A DNA stretch of 64,000 nucleotides from Chiloscyllium plagiosum (GCF_004010195.1 NC_057728.1:46404645-46468644); one strand, 5' to 3'; positions 25,050 to 38,196 are shown, numbered from the stretch's first letter. The notes: a model not told the origin generated them from the sequence alone. A program made the numbers and translations.

Positions 25050-26841
25050 CTTTTTAAAAAATCTGTGAGGGGTAAGTAATAACCCTGCTGTAGTACAGAA
25101 AATAACAAGGCGTACCCTTTTTACCGAGAGAGAAACACCACTGAAATTAAAAACTAAAAAAAGTACAAAATGATCGACCTAGATCCAAGTCCTCCAAGAC
25201 TTTGTTTTGTGAACAACGAAGCTATCAGTGGAAGCTGACTTGCTGCCTTAATTTCACACTTCCCACTTGTTTGCACATTCTGTTTACATATTTAGAAACA
25301 ATTTATGAGGTTTCCTATCACTGTTCCCTACGTGCTGACAAAACCGATCTTAAACTGTATTTCGGTTCTCCAGCAAAGCAGGGAAACGTGTTGCGGGAAG
25401 TTATTAATATACAGTATTCTGACGTGGATTAGAGAAAATCAACACAATGTAATTAATCGATACTTATATTGACTGAATGGACCCTATTAAAATTTATCTA
25501 CTGGTAAAATGATTCCAGGAGGAAGAAATATAGAGTGGTTAAAATTACAGTTACAGCTCCTCTGTTATGAGATTGGTGTCGGCTGCTGCTGCTGCTGAGA
25601 GTTGGCAAGAGGTTCACCAGAAGCTAGAGGCCGCTTTTTCTCCATCTGTTGAACCAGGCACCCTCAACCTTGACAACTATGAATGCTTGAGGAAACAAAA
25701 GTTTAACACTATTTGTGATTGATGGTACTTGAGAATGTTACAAGGTTAGCTGCCGACATTTTTCCTAAATGTTGAGCTGCTAGTGTGTACTCACTCCAGA
25801 AACAAACCTGTACAGATTGACACTTCAACAGATGTCTTCAAAGGATCCTCAGTCTCATCGCTGTTGTGGTTTATTATATAAATACATGTATGAATTGGGA
25901 GCTTATTTTCCGCTTCACGTTGATCGACGTTGACAGATAGTGAACGCGTACACGAACTGATATCGTGAAAGTCATTCATTTATTTGCTGGGTTTGTATTT
26001 GAAGAAACCTCCTGAAAGCTCAGTCTCGATTAAAACAGGCACGGAGTGTTGCAAGGAAGCAATCATATCCATGTCTGAAACCTGAGGGTGATGCTTTGGC
26101 TTGTTGGAAATGCCGTTGTAAATGCGCCTTTCTCATCCAGCAGGTTGTCGGTGTGTGTGTGTGTGTTTGAGTTTTGCTTTTAGCATCAGCCCTGGAGACC
26201 ACTAGGATTTAAACCGTCTTTCCGCAAGTCCACACTAAACGAATATCTAACAAACAACAGAGAGAGAAAAAAATGTCTGGTTGTCTTATCTGCAAACGCG
26301 TTGTTCTCCCCAGTGACTTTCAAAAGGCAGTTTGTTAAATAACAAGAGGGGAGAGATGTTTAAAAAAAAACAATCTGCACAGAAGCTGCATCGTGGTTGT
26401 CGGGAGCAGGGTGTTGTCTGGTGTGTGTGTTTTTTTGATGGAGGGAAAATATGGTCACGTACTTTCTGGAAATAAGCCCATCACTTCTCTCTCTCTCTCC
26501 CTCCCTCTCTCTCACACATAGAGGTCGACTGCATCTCCGAGGAGGGAAAAGAGGTGACTGATCAATTTTAAGCAGAACTGTCATTCCGTTTGACTTCACC
26601 TGCCCGCCTCACTGTCTGGCAAGATGCGAATGGGGAAGGCGCTAAGGGGATAGCAGCTAACCTTACCATCGACTTGGTGGTTTCACAGGAGGGGGGTAAA
26701 AGAAAACACAGCCAGAGAGAGAAAATAACACACACACAGCACACGCCAACCCCCCCCCCCCCACCTCAAAACAAACAACAACAAAAAAAAACAATTCACA
26801 GCTTCGGGTCTTCGTTTCCGAGTCATGTCTGAGCCGGAGAG
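25050..26841 (+). promoter_or_regulatory. Putative KCNC2 promoter / 5'UTR region
   Basis: About 1.8 kb free of transposons and CpG-enriched relative to the flanks. Contains (GCT)n near 25582, (GT)n 26151-26166, (CT)n near 26485-26512 and poly-C 26750-26762. The transcription start cannot be determined from sequence. Confidence 0.55.
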
Positions 26842-27387
26842 ATGGGCAAGATTGACGACAACGAGCGGATAGTTCTCAATGTTGGGGGAACTCGGCACGA
26901 AACTTACAGGACCACGTTGAAGACGCTGCCCGGGACCCGGCTAGCCCTGCTCGCCGACTCGGATGGGCAGAGCCTCCCTGACTGCGACCCTCGAGTTAAC
27001 CAGTACTTCTTCGACCGCCACCCGGGAGTGTTCGCCTATGTGCTCAACTACTACCGGACGGGCAAGCTGCACTGCCCGGCTGATGTGTGCGGGCCCCTCT
27101 TCGAGGAGGAGCTCGCCTTCTGGGGCATCGATGAGACCGACGTGGAGCCTTGCTGCTGGATGACCTACAGGCAGCACCGGGACGCCGAGGAAGCGCTGGA
27201 CATCTTCGAAGCGCCCGACCTGCTGAACGGCGAGTCCCCGGAGCCAGACGATGAGGATGAGCTCAACAGGAGACTGGGCATCGAGGAGTGTAGCCCGGGC
27301 GCTACGGGCAAGGCCAACCGATGGAAGAGGTGGCAACCCCGGATCTGGGCACTCTTCGAAGATCCCTACTCATCCAGAGCAGCCAGG
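26842..27387 (+). CDS. KCNC2: Voltage-gated K+ channel Kv3.2 (Shaw family), first coding exon: T1/BTB tetramerisation domain to pre-S1, 182 codons, phase-0 donor
   Basis: Translation [38 protein letters not shown]...[68 protein letters not shown]...[14 protein letters not shown]. It includes the T1 zinc motif HX5CX20CC. The MGKI start and LALLA fit Kv3.2 better than Kv3.1/3.3/3.4. Strong Kozak GAGATGG; donor AGG|GTAAGA at 27388; locally GC/CpG-rich. Confidence 0.93.
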
Positions 27388-28654
27388 GTAAGAACCTGAA
27401 GGCGAGGGTTTCGCTGAAACTTTGCTAGAGGAACCCACGCTTTACCTCCCCTTTTATTAGCCGCAATTCATTTAATTATTGTTTCTCTTTTTTTTGCTTC
27501 CCCCGCGCCTGTAAGAGAGAGAGAGAAGCAAACAACTGAGAGCAAATCTCTTGTAACAAGGGCCGTTTTAGCGCCGATTGCGGTTTTTGTTTTATTTCTT
27601 GCGAATGCAAAGTGTTACAGGTTGTCCGGCTGTTCAATGTTTTAGCCAAACATATGCACAGCTTCCAGAGTTTACCATCACTCGTTTTATCCACCTCCCC
27701 CAATCTCACCAATGGTGCAATTTTTAGTTTCAGTTTTGAAGACATTCTGCAGTTAGTTTCTTAGTGTAGATAGTCTGTAGCAGCTATATTTGGAGCACTT
27801 TCCCATCTGCAATTGTTAGAACCAGTCCCACCATTTAATGGCTATCATACGCATGCTCATCTTATTTCATAACTACTTCAGAAGCGTTCTGCAAATTGCT
27901 TTTAAGGTTGACGATGGTTAACAAATGTTTTAACTGGAATCATTTTCTCACATCGTGTTGCCAGTTATAATCTTAAGGAAAAACAGAACCGAGAATCTAC
28001 CACTTCGAGAATTGCTATAGCGATGGTTACAATATCGACAGATTTCACAGTCAGGTGACAAGTACAGATGAATCCGCACCTGCTATGTTCATAAACCTGG
28101 TTAACTACCCCGCCAACAACAACAAAAAACTGTTTATATAGTACAAGTAGAGTAGTAGTGACAACCTGTTGCAAAACGTGCAAAGTTTTATTAATCAAAT
28201 CACATCATGGTCAGGTCGGCTGTGATTATTAGAAAGGAGAGAATTTCAGCTCCCCGAAGAAAAAAAAGCCTATTGTTTCATGAAGAATCATCCATGAATA
28301 ACGAACCCAACATCAACTTTAAACTGACTAACTTTATTGCTCCCTCCTGATGGAACTCTAAGCCTCTGAAGTGACATTGGCATAGTGACAAAAAATGAAA
28401 TGTACATAATGTCAGTGACTGTAGGTGATTACAAAGTAACACTGTCGTCTCCAGTTGTTATTAGAACTTTGCTTTCAATCACTTCCCTTTAGTTTCACGT
28501 TCACTGACAATCACAGCTTCTGGGTTAGTCTTTTCCAGTTGGCATGAACCGAATTCCACGATTGGTTTGGGGAGATGATGGAAAAACCATTTTTTCGTTT
28601 AGAAAGACAATCACTGAATAGCCATTCAAATCTAATAAGTATTCCTTCTGAGAC

Positions 28655-28673
28655 GGGGGGGGGGGGGGGGGGG
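28655..28673 (+). repeat. Poly-G tract
   Basis: About 19 consecutive G. Confidence 0.9.
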
Positions 28674-30151
28674 AAGACCCCGCAATAGTGTTTTTTTTGG
28701 TATGGAGAATTACAAGTCGCCTCCTGAGATACGATTGGACTGTTCCTGTTCAAGGAATATGAACAATCCTATTACCATGCACAATGTTAATCAGCCTGAT
28801 AGAAGGGTGAATGAGAACAGTGTTAATGCTCGTATTTTTGAAAAATTGAAGTAATTTGGAAGTGAAAAAAATCTGATTGAAATCTGATGATAGTGAAAAG
28901 CGATACATTTGCAATCGCTTCCTGTTCATGCAATTCTCTTCAATTCTTGCAGTAAATGAATTACTGGCAGTTATATAATTGATGCAAAATTAGCAATGAT
29001 TGGCTGAATAGTCAGTCTTCAGTCAATTATTGTCTTGGAAAACCATGCTTCCATTCACCGTTTGCATAGTTTCCATGCGTTATATATGAAGCAGCGTGCT
29101 GTATTAAAATGATTTGAAAAGGAGGAGGTTATTGTGATTGACTGGGAGCCTGTGGACCAGCAATCAGCTGCTGCCTCTCTCTCTCTGCTCTTCTCTCTTG
29201 CACTCATTCTGCTTGGCTGCACAGCTGCTGTTCACGTTGCCATAGAGACCAATATCTTCTTTGCACTGAAATCTGGTCTCTTGCCTTGCTTGTGCATCCC
29301 GGTGAGTCAAATGCCACTGAGCGATAAAGAAAAATAAACCTTTCAGAATTATACACAACACATTTCAGTACTATTTTAGGATTCGTTCTTAATCTGTTTG
29401 TTCCATCAAATGACTGCTTTGCTGCCTCAGATGTTATCTGATGTTCACCATATCTGATTATATGCTCCTTGAAGCAACTCACCAATTAGCTTCAAAATGT
29501 AAATTCCAATGTCATATTCTCATGCCTTCTGACTTGGCGAATGCTCCCAGCTGCTTGGCGCGACCCCACGTGGCTGGCACATTCTACAGCCATTCGCCAC
29601 CCCCCCACCCCCACAATACGGCCGAGGGGTCCCTCCACCGCGAGTGGTGGGCAACTAGAACTGCATTCAGTCTCTGAAACTAATCATCAGCCAGGCGGAT
29701 TATGGGCAGGGAATTGGGGTAATAAAAGCAAAATCATGTAGCTGTGGCAATCTGAAATTTTTTAAAAAGCCAAAAATGCTGAAGAAGCTCAACAGGTCTG
29801 GCAGAATCTGTGGACGGAGATCCAGGTTGGGCTGGACTGTTCATGAAGGAGGGGAAATATGGGGTGAGGAGGCGTGATAAGGCCTCCAATGTGTGCAGTG
29901 GGCCTATAAAATGGGTATTCCCCTCCCCCCCCACCCACTCATTGCCCAGGTACCAACCTGAGTATTGATAGCTGCTGAGCTCTTATTTTGAGTGCCCACT
30001 TCTACCATGGATTAAATCCCAGTCGCAGTATTTAGAGGTCCTTTAGTTACCATGAATTGACCCATTAAGCATCGCAGTTAGCCCAAGGATGGGAGACCTC
30101 CCACTGCCTCTCCCAGCATTGGTACAGTCGTGGCAGGAACAGATATTGGCA

Positions 30152-30940
30152 CCATAGAGTCATAGAGATATACAACACAAAACAGACTCTTCAATCTAAC
30201 TCGTCCATGCTGACCAGATATCCCACCCAATCTAGTCCCATCTGCCAGCGCCCGCCCCATATCCCTCCAAACCCTTCCTATCCAGATACCCATCCAGCTG
30301 CCTCTTAAATGTTGCAATTGTACCAGCCTCCACCACTTCCTCTGGCAGCTCATTCCATACTTGTACCATCCTCTGCATGAAAAAGTTGCCCCTTAGGTCT
30401 CTTTTATATCTTCCCCCTCTCACCCTAAACCTATGCCCTCTAGTTCTGGACTCCCCCCACCCCAGGGAAGAGACATTGTCTATTTATTCTATCCATGCTC
30501 CTCATGATTTTATAAACCTCTATAAGGTCACCTCTCAGCCACCGACGCTCCAGGGAAAACAGTCCCAACCTATTGAAACTCTCCCTATAGCTCAAATCCT
30601 CCAACCCTGGCAACATCCTTGTAAATCTTTTCTGAACCCTTTCAAGTTTCACAACATCTTTCTGATAGGAAGCAGACCAGAATTGTACGCAACATTCCAA
30701 CAGTGGCCTAACCAATGTCCTGTACAGCTGCAACATAACCTCCCAACTCCTGTACTCAATACTCTGACCAATAAAGCAAAGCATACCAAACGCCTTCTTC
30801 ACTATTCTACCTACCTGCGACTCTACTTTCAAGGAGCTATGAACCTGCAATCTATGGTCTCTTTGTTCAGCAACACTCCCTAAGACCTTACCATTAAGTG
30901 TATATGTCCTGCTAAGATTTGACATCAAATATTGCAGCCT
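30152..30940 (-). mobile_element. CR1 LINE 3' fragment
   Basis: YRTLVRPLLECCVQFWS...KLERVQKRFTRMLPGL...LRGDLIEVYKIM. Confidence 0.92.
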
Positions 30941-31559
30941 CCTTGACATATTAATCCCTCCCCAGGGGTGTTGTGCAGGCATTGGTATAAACTCCAGCTC
31001 CATCATACTCTTTCACTATCTTAAAGACATAGTTTTTAAGTCAGACCTCAATCTTTTTTAACAGTAAAGAGCTTCAGCCTTTACAGCTTTTCTGGATAGC
31101 ATTTTCCTCATGTTTCTGGTATTTTCTTTGTGATTTCTTTTGCAGCATCTCTTTTCTATAATATGAAGAAGGGAACTATGCACAGCTCTCCAGCTAAGCT
31201 TGCAATTTTATAGCCATTTTAACCTATTTGCTACATTTGTGGATCTTGTACTTTTTTGCTTGCCTAACCATTCAGACTCTTGTTTAACAATCGCAATATG
31301 ACCTCCTTATACCTGACAACAAATGTGTTGCCTCACATTTGCCTGTACTGAAATTAATTTGTGCTTATTCATATTTACCTATATATTTAGTTTTTTTGTA
31401 GTAACTATGCCTTCTAATTTGGTGTCATTTGAACATTGTGAAATTGTACTTCCATCTCCACAGGTCAAATAGTTCATGTAAATTGTGGACAGTTGTGGAT
31501 CCAGCACTAATTCACGAGGATTGCAAATCCCACCTTTTGCCTGACACTTCCTTTACTGG

Positions 31560-31900
31560 GAGGTGTACATCACTGGCATGACCCAGAATTTGTTGCGTAT
31601 TCCCAAATGCTGTGTGGATTGCGAGGCCATTTCAGAAAGCAGTTAAGAGCCAATCATCGTTTTGTGGGTGTAGTGCATATATAAACTAGGACAGATAAGG
31701 ATGATAGATTCCATCCCCAAAGGCCGTTAGTGAACCAGATTGGTTCCAATCAGATATTTTCTTCACTAAGATTAGTTTTATATTCCAAATTTATTAATTG
31801 AATTCAAATTCTGCCAGTTGCTGTGGTCCATTAGAACCCATATCCCCAAAGCATTAATCTCTGGATTACAAGCATTAACACTACCATTACACTATTATCT
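31560..31900 (-). mobile_element. Second tRNA-derived SINE family (unnamed here)
   Basis: Homologous pieces at ~37285-37440, ~37767-37810 and ~38047-38185 (+), ~50500-50790 (-) and ~60700-60915 (+) share ACTAATGTCCTTCAGGGA...GTGACTCCAGAC...TTAGGGATGGGCAATAAATG. Confidence 0.6.
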
Positions 31901-34219
31901 TGCCATAGTCTGAGCAACAATAAGCTATTTCAAGTAGATCTGTTGCAAGCAGGGTAGATGGAGTAAAAGGGACTTGGCCTAGCTATTTGTCTGGACTGCT
32001 GCCAACATGCATTTTCTCCATTTAAGTAAATGAAACCTGAAGACAAAGTTCATGCGGAATTGATGTAACAGAAGCAAAAATGGGAAAAAAAAAGAATAAT
32101 ATTCAGTAAATGATCCACTGTATAACTATATGTATTTCTATATTCCATTTTGTGGCTTTTTTATTATATTTGCAAACACAAGTTTGCAATCTGTCTCCAA
32201 TTTGGTTCTCATTAATTTATTTCATTATTTAACTCAGAACTCTTTTAAATTCTTGTGGGATTTGCTATGCAAGAAAATAGCTTTTGATGTAAACGTGCAA
32301 CTGTTCCAAAAAGATGTCAACACTCTCATGGGAATCATGTATGAGTTTAAAAACTGCAATTTTATTTCATTTAAATGTAAATAAGTAAAAAGGAAAAGAA
32401 ATAATAGGAGTTTTTTTGTGAATATCTATTTATTAAAATTGTTTGAGTTGTTGCAACTGGACAGCCGACCAACTAAACCATTGTCGGTGCAGAGGTCAAT
32501 GACCAAATGTTAAGCAAACGCTAACAATCATACAAGTTATAAAAAAAGAAAATTTCATAATATGAACTAAATTTAAAAGGGAAATAAAATGAGGACTGAA
32601 TGAGTTTAATTTGGTATTGATGAGCATGATAGTATTCTTCAACTATTGCTGCTTTATCCCAAAACTCAGCAATCCAAGAACCATCTGTGTAAAAGCAAAA
32701 CACTAATTACATTTTCACATCTATTCAACAGCATGGAAAGCTAGGTCAGTTAAAGGCCACTTAAACAACTTGCAGCCTAACTGCTTCAAATTACTGCTTG
32801 GTAATCTTTTCATATTCTAATGGTATTGTTTTTTAAATGACAATATATATTACACAGAGCTATCAGCTCCGTGAAAACAGATGGTGCTGTGAATAAAACC
32901 TGTCACAGTAATGCCATTAAAATCACTATAATCCATATAGTTTCCAGTTAAAATTAAAATAGCATCTAGTTTTTGACAACTTAGTTATTTGTTTAACATG
33001 CATACAGGATGAGATGCCAGAAAAATATGATCTGTATCATAGTTGAGCCTCTGACAATGACTCACTTACTGCTTTGGTGGCTTGTGAATGAACAAGTAAG
33101 GAAATTTATGGTGTAAATAAGAGTATCCTGTAGCTCATCATTAAATAGTCTATGTAAACACATGAACATGGTATTGACTGCAGTGGTGGCAAGAGAGGAG
33201 TGTACAGTTAGATGAGATAGGAGGCTAGAGTACGAGTTGTTTACAACTGGGATTGAGGTTTGAATCCAGCAATTGATAGAATTGAAGTCTTCCTGATCTT
33301 CTGGATGCAAGAATCCTATATGAATTTGATTTGGGCAGCTTGATCTTTCTTGGTACTGTGGACCCACAGCGCAAAATTGTCCAAGCACTGCGCCAGTTAG
33401 AAATTACAAAGTGGGTAGATGGCTGCTATGGAGAAAACAGGGTGACCTATTGGTCAACCAGGTGTATCTTTCCTATACAATTTAACAGATGCAGAGCAAG
33501 AAAGATTTTATTTGTATTGAACTTCTGCAATTACTGAGTAGTGAATGTTTGATGCTGGTATTGAGCAAGTAAAAAGAAAGAAAATAGTTCATTTTTCACC
33601 TCCATCGTAAGGAGAGCTAAAATGAAAAAAAGAAGTGAACATAGCATCAGCCTTTATAGTGTGAGGTTTTGTTATGTTATCTCAGTGCTTAATAATAACT
33701 TGGTGTGAAGATTTTAGAATTGAATTTGTTTCAATCATTGATCATTTTCTGTGATATTAAGGCAAAGCATGAAAAAGTAAAGAGGAAGGTAACCAAAAGA
33801 AATATATAACTTGATCAAGTTTTATACCTATCTTTTCATTCCAGAGTCAAGTTATGATTATGCCATTAAAGTCCACACACGTTTGAAATTGATGTGTGAA
33901 CTTATTTTGGTCTGTAAACAATTAAACATGCATAATTACAGTTTAACTATTTATATGATGACCTAGTGTTTTTTTGACAGCTTAATTTCTCAGTGAAGAA
34001 GAAAATGGCTGACTTTGTTGTAATGACTTAACAATAATCGAACATCCAGTGAGCAATGGGACATTTTGATGTCCAGTGTTCATGATGACACTTGTCACTA
34101 GATTTTTAAAGAAGGAAGAAATGAGATCTAGAAAGGAAATGTTTTATAAGTACAAATAAATACACATACATAAATACACAAAGATGTTACATGAATGTGT
34201 TCTTGAGGAAGTAGTATCA

Positions 34220-34529
34220 AATGGGCACCGTCCTCTTGAACGGTCCTACCTGTCCATCTTCCTTTCCACCTATCTGCTCCACCCTCCTCTCCGACCTGTC
34301 ACTTTCACCCACACCTTCATCACATTCCCAGCTACCTTCCCCCCAGCCCCACCCCCCTCCCATTTATCTCTCAGCCTCCCCCCAGCCCACTAGCCTCATT
34401 CCTGATGAAGGGCTTATGCTCGAAATGTCGACTCTCCTGCTCCTTGGTTGCTGCCTAACCAGCTGTGCTTTTCCAGCATCACACTCTTCGACTCTGATCT
34501 CCAGAATCTGCAGTCTTCACTTGCTCTGT
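34220..34529 (+). mobile_element. Family B longer copy (C-rich 5' part, hammerhead-like core at 34402, common 3' end)
   Basis: CTGATGAAGGGCTTATGCTCGAAATGTC; ends ...CAGTCTTCACTTGCTC; possible TSD AGTAGTATCA / AGTAGTTTCA. Confidence 0.65.
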
Positions 34530-35720
34530 AGTAGTTTCATTCACAATTTCATCTAATGATAAACCACTGCAACTAGGAACTGGGTGTGGCATGGGGTTCA
34601 TAGGATAACTAGTTTGCAATCCAGGAAAACAAATGGATTGAAAGACTTCTCGTTTTCCTAACTCAAATGATCCTGCATGAAATAATTTAATTACATACAT
34701 TTTCAACTTATCAAATGGACATTAATTCACAGGACAAAAGTATGCTCATTCTTACACTTAATTATAAAGGTCATTCAACTGTGGTTTGATAATTAGGAGA
34801 TAGACAGTCTGCTACCACATGTTGCAATGAGCCAAAGTAGATGTCATAAAGCATACAAAAATATTTTGCAAGGCGAAAGAGGACAGACAGAGGTGAGTCT
34901 AAGAAGGTTAATGCATGATTGGAGGAATGGTACAGAAGAATAACTTTTAGATCTGTATGCATTGGGACAATTTGGTGTAAGAGAGTCTATATGAGGTAAA
35001 TGAATAGAGTTGGAACTAATATTACTATGATGAGGTTAACGAATATTATGGAGAAGAGCTGAGCCACAGGGAGCAGAAACAATGTGTATGGACACTTGGA
35101 GGCAAATATAATTAGAATAAAACTTAGTCCAGAAAGTGATCAAATAATGGAGAAATGCAAAACAGGTTAAGTTGGATATGGATACATGTTTGCAGTTTCA
35201 GACTGTGATAGGCTACATTGGTGAGCTGCAGTTACAACTTGCCAAATGGAGCTATGATGTAGTGGTAATGGTCTGGATCAACCAAGAGCAAAAATAGGAA
35301 ATTAATCTTCCTGGTTATAATTAATTCCTACAAGCAGGAAAAAAATGGGAGAAACCAGCTGATCCACCAAGGTTACATCATTCTCGAGACACCTAGAGGA
35401 TTATGCATGAACCCTCCAAACCCCTCACAGGAATGTAATGTCCTGGGAGAGACAAACAAAATCTGAAAAACACAAGGACTGTAATGGGAAAAAAATAATC
35501 AAGCTGGCAAACTCTTTTCCTGTTCTAGTGAAACCAGCCAAGAGGTTGCATTGATTATGTGGACATCAACTGCAAATCTTTTACACCACACTTTTAAGAC
35601 CATGTCTTATGGTCTTATGATCTTATCATAGTATATCTATCCCAAATAAGAACACGCCCAATTATCTCATGAATGTTTGCAAAGAGTCAGCATGCCTTGG
35701 ACAAGCTGGCATTACATTCC

Positions 35721-36321
35721 AGAGAAAGTGAGGACTGCAGATGCTGGAGATCAGAGCTGAAAATGTATTGCTGGAAAAGCGCAGCAGGTCAGGCAGCATC
35801 CAAGGAGCAAGAGAATCGACGTTTCGGGCATGAGCCCTTCTTCAGGAATGAGGAGAGTGTGCCAAGCAGGCTAAGATAAAAGGTAGGGAGGAGGGATTTG
35901 GGGGAGGGGCGTTGGAAATGCGATAGGTGGAAGGCGGCTAAGGTGAGGGTGATAGGCCGGAGTGGGGGTGGGGACGCCTAGGAACCCTCCAACCACAAGG
36001 GATGAATTCAGATTTCTCCAGTTTCTTCATTTCCCCTCCCCCCAACTTGTTTCAGTCCCAACCCTCAAACTCAGCACCACCTTCCTAACCTGCAATCTTC
36101 TTCCTGACCTCTCCGCCCCCACCCCCACTCCAGCCTATCACCCTCACCTTAACCTCCTTCCACCTATCGCATTTCCAACGCCCCTCCCCCAAGTCCCTCC
36201 TCCCTACCTTTTATCTTAGTCTGCTTGGCACACTCTCCTCATTCCTGAAGAAGGGCTCATGCCCAAAACATCGATTCTCCTGCTCCTTGGATGCTGCCTG
36301 ACCTGCTGCGCTTTTCCAGCA
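35721..36321. mobile_element. Family B inverted pair (about 200-bp arms)
   Basis: Minus copy 35721-35972 with intact core at 35818-35845, then a plus copy to 36321; 17-bp direct repeat GCATTACATTCCAGAGA (35709-35725 / 36319-36335). Confidence 0.8.
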
Positions 36322-37450
36322 TTACATTCCAGAGACTCAATACTCTCTGAAAAATGTCTGTCACTACTCCTGCATAATTTAAAGACATGCCCACATTTTG
36401 TCAAGCTCAAACAATTTATCATGAGCCTGCCATTTCAAATTTTTGTTTATTTCTCTCTGGTCTTCTCTAAGTGTAAGCCAATGTGAATAACTAAGACACT
36501 TTAAGGGATAGAGTTCTTGTGGTGCAATGGTAACACTCTTGCTAGAAGGTCTGGACTCAATGCTGAATACCTATGCTGAAATGTGTCATGACACTCCTGA
36601 GCAGGATTTTACAAAGTGCTTAGATTTAAATGTATAATGCAGAAACAGTCCTTTTGATCTAACTATGCCAGTGTTTGTGTTTCTTTTTTAATGCAAACAT
36701 GGGGTCTTGTGACACTGTAGTGATGACCATAACTCTGAGCCAGACCAGCTGGGTTCAATTCCTGCCTCCTCCAGAGGTGAGTCATACTATGTCTGAACAG
36801 GTCAATTACAAAAGATCTCAGTCTTACAGGTCTCTTTTGAGCTTTTGCAATGTCTGCTACATCACTCCACACAAGGGAATCAAAACGGAGTGCATTGTTC
36901 CACATGTGGTGCAATAAATGAGTTGTCTAAAGACAGTATGATGGCATTTGAATTGGACTGAATGGTTATAATTGTGCAATCTAATCTTCATCGGAGATCA
37001 AGAAGGACAAAAGAAGGCTTAGAAAACTTGATTAAAGAAATAGTCACTGTCAAAAATGAATGATGTGCCAGTGGGTTCAAGGTCAGAATATATTTGGTTA
37101 AGGTCAAAGGACATAAGAGATGCTGTGACATTGCTGGGTGCAGTGTACACTACAGGTCAGCAAATAGTGGGAAGGAGAAAAATGAGAAAGCAATATTGTA
37201 GTGATGAAACCATTTTTAAATTATCTCTTGGAGTCTGGGCAAAAAACACAGCAAGATGAATGTGGAGCAAAAATGCAGGGGGAAATAGTAGGATTGTGGT
37301 ATTGGGCTAGCATTCCAGAGGCTAGAGGTAATGGTCTGGAGATACAGATTTAGATCCCACCATGGCAGCTGGTGGAATTTAACCACAAATAATGCAGGTG
37401 TTAAACGCTGCTTTTAGCAGTGGAAACTACCATCAACTGTTCTTTTTTTT

Positions 37451-37764
37451 TTAGATTAGATTAGATTACAGTGTGGAAACAGGCCCTTCAGCCCAACGAG
37501 TCCACACCGACCCGCCGAAGCGAAACCCACCCATACCCCTACATTTACCCCTTACCTAACACTACGGGCAATTTAGTATGGCCAATTCACCTGACCCTGC
37601 ACATCTTTGGACTGTGGGAGGAAACCGGAGCACCCGGAGGAAACCCACGCAGACACGGGGAGAACGTGCAAACTCCACACAGTCAGTCGCCTGAGGCGGG
37701 AATTGAACCCGGGTCTCTGGCGCTGTGAGGCAGCAGTGCTAACCACTGTGCCACCGTGCCGCCC
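37451..37764 (-). mobile_element. HE1-like V-SINE (young subfamily)
   Basis: Near-identical to the 18979 and 20510 copies. Confidence 0.92.
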
Positions 37765-37813
37765 ACTTACCAAATCTATCTGGTTCATTAATGTCCTTCA
37801 GGGAGAGAAATCT

Positions 37814-37930
37814 AGGAGAAAGTGAGGACTACAGTTTCTGGAGATCAGAGTCAGAAGTGTGGTGCTGGAAAAGCACAGCAGGTCAGGCAGCATCCGAGGA
37901 GCAGGAGAATTGATGTTTCGGACATAAGTC
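37814..37930 (-). mobile_element. Family B truncated copy
   Basis: GGAGAAAGTGAGGACT...CTGGAAAAGCACAGCAGGTCAGGCAGCATCC...GTTTCGG. Confidence 0.7.
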
Positions 37931-38196
37931 AGTATTCATTGAGGGAAATCCACCCAGTCTTGTGAAAGGATCAGACCCTGGTAGATCGGGAGCAAGTATA
38001 TCGGCAAGTTAAACAGTAAATAACAGTAAATAACAGAGGATGTAGTGACTCCAGATGCACATTAATATGCTTGGCTTATAAATAGCATCTGAAGTGGCCT
38101 AGCAAGCCATTCAATTCCTAGGCAATTAGGGATGGACAACAAATGCTGGCCTTGTTAGTGATGCCCATGTCACACAAAAGAAAACAAAATGCGTGG

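Noticed and set aside
26941..27336. 131-aa antisense ORF over the KCNC2 exon
   Set aside because: Expected shadow ORF of a GC-rich coding exon; no recognisable motifs.
27388..27399. ORF-track C-terminus VRT-stop implying a stand-alone 185-aa protein
   Set aside because: Read-through past a canonical splice donor at the usual Kv3 exon boundary.
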